NCBI RefSeq assembly: GCF_058153355.1
Contig: NZ_CM177019.1
Direction: 5' to 3' (one strand)
DNA: 64,000 bases
Each line of letters begins with the position of its first letter. Within the stretch, counting starts at the first letter, position 1. The position numbers and the translations under genes are program-made. The notes under the pieces were generated by a model, which saw only the letters and a program-made list of their open reading frames with translations, was not told the DNA's origin and made no database searches. Positions 57,831 through 64,000 of this stretch are shown in pieces.

Positions 57831-59039
57831 ATGTCCCGCGTGTCGCAGGCGAGGAACCTGGGTAAATATTTCCTGCTCATCGATAATATGCTGGTCGTGC
57901 TGGGGTTCTTTGTTGTCTTCCCGCTGATCTCTATCCGCTTCGTTGATCAAATGGGCTGGGCCGCCGTCATGGTCGGTATTGCCCTCGGCCTACGCCAGTT
58001 TATTCAGCAAGGTCTGGGGATTTTCGGCGGCGCAATTGCCGACCGCTTTGGTGCCAAACCGATGATTGTCACCGGTATGCTGATGCGTGCCGCCGGATTC
58101 GCCACAATGGGTATCGCCCACGAACCGTGGCTACTGTGGTTTTCATGCCTGCTTTCGGGACTCGGCGGCACGTTGTTTGATCCTCCGCGTTCGGCGCTGG
58201 TGGTGAAACTAATCCGTCCACAACAGCGTGGTCGTTTTTTCTCGCTGTTAATGATGCAGGACAGTGCCGGTGCGGTCATTGGCGCATTGTTGGGGAGCTG
58301 GCTGTTGCAATACGACTTTCGCCTGGTCTGCGCCACAGGGGCAGTTTTGTTTGTGCTGTGTGCAGCGTTCAATGCGTGGTTGTTACCGGCATGGAAACTC
58401 TCCACCGTACGCACGCCCGTTCGCGAAGGCATGACCCGCGTGATGCGCGACAAGCGTTTTGTCACCTATGTCCTGACGCTGGCGGGTTACTACATGCTGG
58501 CTGTACAAGTGATGCTGATGCTGCCAATTATGGTCAACGACGTCGCGGGCGCGCCGTCTGCCGTTAAATGGATGTATGCCATTGAGGCGTGTCTGTCGTT
58601 AACGTTGCTCTACCCTATCGCCCGCTGGAGTGAAAAACATTTTCGTCTGGAACACCGATTGATGGCTGGGCTATTAATAATGTCATTAAGCATGATGCCA
58701 GTGGGTATGGTCAGCGGCCTGCAACAACTTTTCACTCTGATTTGTCTGTTTTATATCGGGTCGATCATTGCTGAGCCTGCGCGTGAAACCTTAAGTGCTT
58801 CGCTGGCAGATGCAAGAGCACGCGGCAGCTATATGGGGTTTAGCCGTCTGGGTCTGGCGATTGGCGGCGCGATTGGTTATATCGGTGGTGGCTGGCTATT
58901 TGACTTGGGTAAATCAGCGCACCAACCAGAGCTTCCGTGGATGATGCTGGGCATTATTGGCATCTTCACTTTCCTTGCGCTGGGTTGGCAGTTTAGCCAG
59001 AAACGCACCGCGCGTCGTTTGCTGGAACGCGACGCCTGA
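57831..59039 (+). CDS. mdtH: MFS multidrug efflux transporter
   Basis: 402 aa from [14 protein letters not shown]. Confidence 0.85.
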   Translation: MSRVSQARNLGKYFLLIDNMLVVLGFFVVFPLISIRFVDQMGWAAVMVGIALGLRQFIQQGLGIFGGAIADRFGAKPMIVTGMLMRAAGFATMGIAHEPWLLWFSCLLSGLGGTLFDPPRSALVVKLIRPQQRGRFFSLLMMQDSAGAVIGALLGSWLLQYDFRLVCATGAVLFVLCAAFNAWLLPAWKLSTVRTPVREGMTRVMRDKRFVTYVLTLAGYYMLAVQVMLMLPIMVNDVAGAPSAVKWMYAIEACLSLTLLYPIARWSEKHFRLEHRLMAGLLIMSLSMMPVGMVSGLQQLFTLICLFYIGSIIAEPARETLSASLADARARGSYMGFSRLGLAIGGAIGYIGGGWLFDLGKSAHQPELPWMMLGIIGIFTFLALGWQFSQKRTARRLLERDA

Positions 59040-59102
59040 TTTGATACTCCCCCCTGACTCCTCCATACTGAAAGTGAACTGACAGCCAAATGGAGGAGTC
59101 AC

Positions 59103-59750
59103 GTGAAGCTATACATTTACGATCACTGCCCTTACTGCCTCAAAGCCCGCATGATTTTCGGCCTGAAAAATATCCCCGTCGAATTACATGTTCTGCTCAA
59201 TGACGACGCAGAAACACCCACCCGGATGGTCGGTCAAAAACAGGTTCCCATTCTGCAAAAAGATGACAGCCGCTATATGCCAGAAAGCATGGACATCGTT
59301 CACTATGTCGATAAACTCGACGGCAAACCGTTACTGACCGGCAAACGTTCACCTGCCATTGAAGAATGGCTGCGCAAGGTCAACGGCTACGCCAACAAAC
59401 TGCTGTTACCGCGTTTTGCCAAATCGGCATTTGATGAGTTTTCTACTCCCGCCGCGCGCAAATATTTTGTCGACAAGAAAGAAGCCAGCGCGGGTAATTT
59501 TGCCGACCTGCTGGCCCACTCTGACGGTCTGATTAAGAATATCAGCGATGATTTACGTGCGCTGGACAAACTTATCGTCAAACCGAACGCCGTGAATGGC
59601 GAACTTTCGGAAGATGATATTCAGCTATTTCCGCTCCTGCGGAATCTGACGCTAGTAGCCGGAATCAACTGGCCAAGCCGCGTTGCTGATTACCGCGATA
59701 ATATGGCGAAACAGACACAAATCAATTTGTTATCATCAATGGCGATTTAA
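59103..59750 (+). CDS. grxB: Glutaredoxin 2
   Basis: 215 aa, CPYC active site. Confidence 0.9.
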   Translation: MKLYIYDHCPYCLKARMIFGLKNIPVELHVLLNDDAETPTRMVGQKQVPILQKDDSRYMPESMDIVHYVDKLDGKPLLTGKRSPAIEEWLRKVNGYANKLLLPRFAKSAFDEFSTPAARKYFVDKKEASAGNFADLLAHSDGLIKNISDDLRALDKLIVKPNAVNGELSEDDIQLFPLLRNLTLVAGINWPSRVADYRDNMAKQTQINLLSSMAI

Positions 59751-59883
59751 TCCTGACCCGCCGCGGCAGCCTGTATTCGCGGGTTGCCGCCGTTTTCAGT
59801 TTTTTCTGCTGGCTAGTTTATCGCTGGTGACACATGCTGCGTTGTGTCAGGATATTGACGCAGATTTCATGTCGAGGACTACC

Positions 59884-60444
59884 ATGAACAAGTTTTTATT
59901 TGCCGCTGTATTGTTCGTCAGTGGCCTGCTCGTTGGCTGTAATCAACTCACCCAATACACCATCACCGAACAAGAAATTAACCAGTCGCTTGCGAAACAT
60001 AATAATTTCTCAAAAGATATCGGTTTACCCGGCGTGGCTGACGCTCATATTGTTCTGACAAACCTGACCAGCCAAATTGGTCGCGAAGAGCCGAATAAGG
60101 TTACCCTAACCGGAGACGCCAATCTGGACATGAACTCCCTGTTCGGTAGCCAGAAAGCGACCATGAAACTGAAGCTGAAAGCGCTGCCTGTGTTTGATAA
60201 AGAAAAAGGCGCGATCTTCCTGAAAGAGATGGAAGTAGTCGATGCGACGGTACAACCGGAAAAAATGCAAACGGTGATGCAAACGTTGCTTCCCTATTTG
60301 AACCAGGCATTACGCAATTACTTTAACCAGCAACCTGCTTATGTCCTGCGCGAAGATGGCAGTAAGGGCGAAGCAATGGCGAAGAAACTGGCGAAAGGTA
60401 TTGAAGTGAAGCCTGGTGAAATTGTCATTCCGTTTACTGATTAA
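59884..60444 (+). CDS. yceB: Lipoprotein (DUF1439)
   Basis: 186 aa from MNKFLFAAVLFVSGLLVGC. Confidence 0.8.
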   Translation: MNKFLFAAVLFVSGLLVGCNQLTQYTITEQEINQSLAKHNNFSKDIGLPGVADAHIVLTNLTSQIGREEPNKVTLTGDANLDMNSLFGSQKATMKLKLKALPVFDKEKGAIFLKEMEVVDATVQPEKMQTVMQTLLPYLNQALRNYFNQQPAYVLREDGSKGEAMAKKLAKGIEVKPGEIVIPFTD

Positions 60445-60549
60445 TCACGAGGGCGCATTTGCGCCCTTTATTTTTCGTGCAAAGGAAAACGTTTCCGCTT
60501 ATCCTTTGTGTCCGGCAAAAACATCCCTTCAGCCGGAGCATAGAGATTA

Positions 60550-61596
60550 ATGACTGCACCATCCCAGGTATTAAAGATCCGCCGCCCAGACGACTGGCAC
60601 CTTCACCTCCGCGATGGCGACATGTTAAAAACTGTCGTGCCTTATACCAGCGAAATATATGGGCGGGCTATCGTAATGCCCAATCTGGCTCCGCCCGTGA
60701 CCACCGTTGAGGCTGCCGTGGCATATCGCCAGCGTATTCTCGACGCCGTACCTGCCGGGCACGATTTCACCCCGCTGATGACCTGTTATTTAACAGATTC
60801 GCTGGACCCTAATGAGCTGGAACGTGGATTTAACGAAGGCGTGTTCACCGCTGCAAAACTTTACCCCGCAAACGCAACCACTAACTCCAGCCACGGCGTG
60901 ACGTCAGTTGACGCAATCATGCCGGTACTTGAGCGCATGGAAAAAATCGGTATGCCGTTACTGGTGCATGGTGAAGTGACACATGCAGATATCGACATTT
61001 TTGATCGTGAAGCGCGCTTTATTGAAAGCGTAATGGAACCGCTTCGCCAGCGCCTGACCGCGCTGAAAGTCGTTTTTGAGCACATCACCACCAAAGAAGC
61101 TGCCGACTATGTCCGTGACGGAAATGAACGTCTGGCGGCCACCATCACTCCTCAGCATCTGATGTTTAACCGTAACCATATGCTGGTTGGTGGCGTGCAT
61201 CCACACCTGTACTGTCTGCCAATACTCAAACGCAATATTCACCAACAGGCATTACGTGAACTGGTCGCTAGCGGTTTTAATCGTGTATTCCTCGGCACGG
61301 ATTCTGCGCCACATGCACGTCATCGCAAAGAAAGCAGTTGCGGCTGTGCGGGCTGCTTCAACGCGCCTACTGCGCTGGGCAGTTACGCTACCGTCTTTGA
61401 AGAGATGAATGCTCTACAGCACTTTGAAGCATTCTGTTCTGTAAACGGACCGCAGTTCTATGGTTTGCCGGTCAACGACACATTCATCGAACTGGTACGC
61501 AAAGAACAGCAGGTTGCTGAAAGCATCGCACTGACTGATGACACGCTGGTGCCATTCCTCGCCGGGGAAACGGTACGCTGGTCCGTTAAACAATAA
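60550..61596 (+). CDS. pyrC: Dihydroorotase
   Basis: 348 aa, HLHLRDG metal-binding motif. Confidence 0.95.
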   Translation: MTAPSQVLKIRRPDDWHLHLRDGDMLKTVVPYTSEIYGRAIVMPNLAPPVTTVEAAVAYRQRILDAVPAGHDFTPLMTCYLTDSLDPNELERGFNEGVFTAAKLYPANATTNSSHGVTSVDAIMPVLERMEKIGMPLLVHGEVTHADIDIFDREARFIESVMEPLRQRLTALKVVFEHITTKEAADYVRDGNERLAATITPQHLMFNRNHMLVGGVHPHLYCLPILKRNIHQQALRELVASGFNRVFLGTDSAPHARHRKESSCGCAGCFNAPTALGSYATVFEEMNALQHFEAFCSVNGPQFYGLPVNDTFIELVRKEQQVAESIALTDDTLVPFLAGETVRWSVKQ

Positions 61597-61632
61597 AAAT
61601 CGTAGCTACCTGTTGTCATTAGGTTATTTTAC

Positions 61633-61648
61633 CTGTATAAATAACCAG
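61633..61648. promoter_or_regulatory. LexA (SOS) box of dinI
   Basis: CTGTATAAATAACCAG matches CTGT-N8-ACAG, 22 nt upstream of dinI ATG. Confidence 0.7.
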
Positions 61649-61669
61649 TATATTCAACAGGGGGCTATT

Positions 61670-61915
61670 ATGCGAATTGAAGTCACCATAGCGAAAACTT
61701 CTCCATTGCCAGCGGGGGCTATTGACGCCCTGGCTGGCGAACTTTCTCGCCGTATTCAGTATGCGTTTCCTGATAATGAAGGCCACGTATCGGTACGTTA
61801 TGCTGCAGCGAATAATTTATCGGTTATTGGCGCGACAAAAGAAGATAAACAGCGCATTAGCGAAATTCTCCAGGAAACGTGGGAAAGCGCCGATGACTGG
61901 TTTGTCAGCGAATAA
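61670..61915 (+). CDS. dinI: DNA damage-inducible protein I
   Basis: 81 aa from MRIEVTIAKT. Confidence 0.9.
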   Translation: MRIEVTIAKTSPLPAGAIDALAGELSRRIQYAFPDNEGHVSVRYAAANNLSVIGATKEDKQRISEILQETWESADDWFVSE

Positions 61916-62204
61916 TATGCAGTGATTTTTGTTTTTGCCGGGTCGCCCCGGCTTTTTTATTTTACTTACGAATTTCGAGTACAAAATTTCTACACTTCCT
62001 CAAAATAATTGCACAATTTGCTAAAAAAATATGAATGACATGCTGTTTTATTGTTCATATAAATCTTAAAAGCAAAAATTTATCTGTTCCCCCCTTTAAA
62101 AATTCGGTGAATACCCTTACTTATTGGTATACTGAAGTTGCTTCAGATAAAAACGCATTGAACCTCGAATAACGTTGTCTAGTAACACGAATTAGGGGGC
62201 CATG

Positions 62205-62459
62205 ATGGAAAAAAATAATGAAGTCATTCAGACTCATCCGCTCGTAGGGTGGGACATCAGCACCGTTGATAGCTATGATGCGCTGATGTTGCGTTTGCAT
62301 TACCAGACCCCAAATAAGTCCGAGCAGGAAGGGACTGAAGTTGGTCAGACGCTCTGGTTAACCACTGATGTTGCCAGACAATTTATTTCGATATTAGAAG
62401 CAGGAATCGCCAAAATTGAATCCGGTGATTTCCCGGTAAACGAGTATCGGCGTCATTAA
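62205..62459 (+). CDS. bssS: Biofilm regulator BssS
   Basis: 84 aa. Confidence 0.85.
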   Translation: MEKNNEVIQTHPLVGWDISTVDSYDALMLRLHYQTPNKSEQEGTEVGQTLWLTTDVARQFISILEAGIAKIESGDFPVNEYRRH

Positions 62460-62573
62460 CATGACATGACCATCCACCCAAAAGGCACCTCACCGGTGCC
62501 TTTACCATTTCTGGGTTGTATATCTGCATTCAGTTAATTACTCTGCTTAAACCATGAGAGCAGAGAGAAAAAA

Positions 62574-63692
62574 ATGAAATACGATCTCATCATTATTGGC
62601 AGCGGTTCCGTAGGCGCTGCCGCCGGGTATTATGCAACCCGTGCCGGTTTAAACGTGCTAATGACCGACGCCCATATGCCACCGCATCAACACGGCAGCC
62701 ACCACGGCGATACGCGATTAATTCGCCATGCTTATGGTGAAGGCGAAAAGTATGTCCCGCTGGTCCTCCGCGCGCAAACGCTGTGGGATGAACTCTCCCG
62801 CCACAACGAAGAAGATCCCATTTTTGTACGCTCGGGTGTCATTAACCTTGGCCCGGCTGATTCCGCATTTCTCGCCAACGTCGCCCACAGCGCTGAACAG
62901 TGGCAACTCAACGTTGAAAAGCTCGATGCGCAAGGGATTATGGCACGCTGGCCAGAAATACGCGTCCCGGACAACTACATCGGCTTATTTGAGACTGATT
63001 CCGGCTTTTTACGCAGCGAACTGGCGATTAAAACCTGGATCCAACTGGCGAAGGAAGCGGGTTGTGCGCAGTTGTTCAACTGCCCGGTCACCGCAATTCG
63101 TCATGACGATGATGGCGTAACTATTGAAACCGCTGACGGTGAGTATCAGGCGAAAAAAGCGATCGTCTGCACGGGAACATGGGTAAAAGATCTGCTCCCG
63201 GAACTGCCTGTCCAGCCCGTACGCAAAGTATTTGCCTGGTATCAGGCCGATGGTCGCTATAGCGTGAAGAATAAATTCCCGGCGTTTACCGGTGAACTGC
63301 CCAATGGCGATCAATATTATGGTTTTCCGGCAGAAAACGACGCGTTGAAGATTGGCAAACATAACGGAGGCCAGCTTATCCATTCAGCGGATGAACGTGT
63401 TCCGTTTGCGGAAGTGGCCAGTGATGGGTCAGAAGCCTTCCCGTTCTTGCGCAATGTATTGCCGGGTATCGGTTGCTGCCTGTACGGCGCTGCCTGCACC
63501 TATGATAATTCGCCTGACGAAGATTTTATTATCGATACTCTACCCGGCCACGATAATACACTGCTCATTACCGGCCTGAGCGGGCACGGTTTTAAATTTG
63601 CGTCAGTTTTAGGGGAAATAGCTGCCGATTTTGCGCAAGACAAAAAAAGCGATTTTGATTTGACGCCATTCAGGCTTTCCCGCTTCCAATAA
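62574..63692 (+). CDS. solA: N-methyl-L-tryptophan oxidase
   Basis: 372 aa, N-terminal FAD-binding GSGSVG motif. Confidence 0.9.
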
Positions 63693-63739
63693 TCATCATT
63701 ACGGCCTCCAGAATGAGGCCGTTTTTACAGGAGTATTTA

Positions 63740-63853
63740 ATGCGTCGGCTGTTGCACTATCTCATCAATAATATTCGCGAGCATCTGATGCTTTATCTTT
63801 TTCTCTGGGGACTGTTGGCAATTATGGACCTGATCTACGTGTTTTATTTTTAG
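63740..63853 (+). CDS. yceO: Small hydrophobic protein (YceO-like), 37 aa
   Basis: ATG at 63740 with upstream [42 protein letters not shown]; below ORF-track cut-off. Confidence 0.45.
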
Positions 63854-64000
63854 TTTTTCCGCACTGACATAAACTGACAAATATTTAATCTCCCTTTCAT
63901 TTAGCGTGAAAAATTGAATGAGATTCTTCCTGCCTCTACAGCACTCACCAGACCTTCCAGATGCTGAACCCACTAAACTTATGAAGTTTCTTTCATTATT

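Overview
This window is an Escherichia coli-type chromosomal segment, collinear (in reverse orientation) with the K-12 cobB-to-solA region, carrying two accessory insertions in an otherwise core backbone. Backbone genes: cobB, nagK, lolEDC, ycfT, mfd, ldtC, bhsA, comR, ycfJ, ndh, ycfP, nagZ, thiK, lpoB, ycfL, hinT, fhuE, ptsG, ycfH, holB, tmk, mltG, pabC, the fab cluster (fabF, acpP, fabG, fabD, fabH), plsX, rpmF, yceD, yceF, rluC, rne, the flgL-to-flgN flagellar region, murJ, yceM, yceH, rimJ, mdtH, grxB, yceB, pyrC, dinI, bssS and solA. The main finding is an IS110-family (IS621-like) element of about 1.28 kb at 16071-17352, inserted at the end of a REP element between ycfP and ndh. Its non-coding left end (17160-17336, minus strand) has the architecture of a bridge RNA, the guide RNA used by IS110 recombinases. 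The second insertion is the 3' part of a group II intron at the window start (1 to about 1459), encoding a reverse transcriptase/maturase/HNH protein, downstream of cobB. flgF is split by a frameshift near 49090 and cobB ends six codons before an alternative stop. Gene identities and expected protein lengths are from recognition of the translated ORFs, not from a database search; all K-12 comparisons are from memory.
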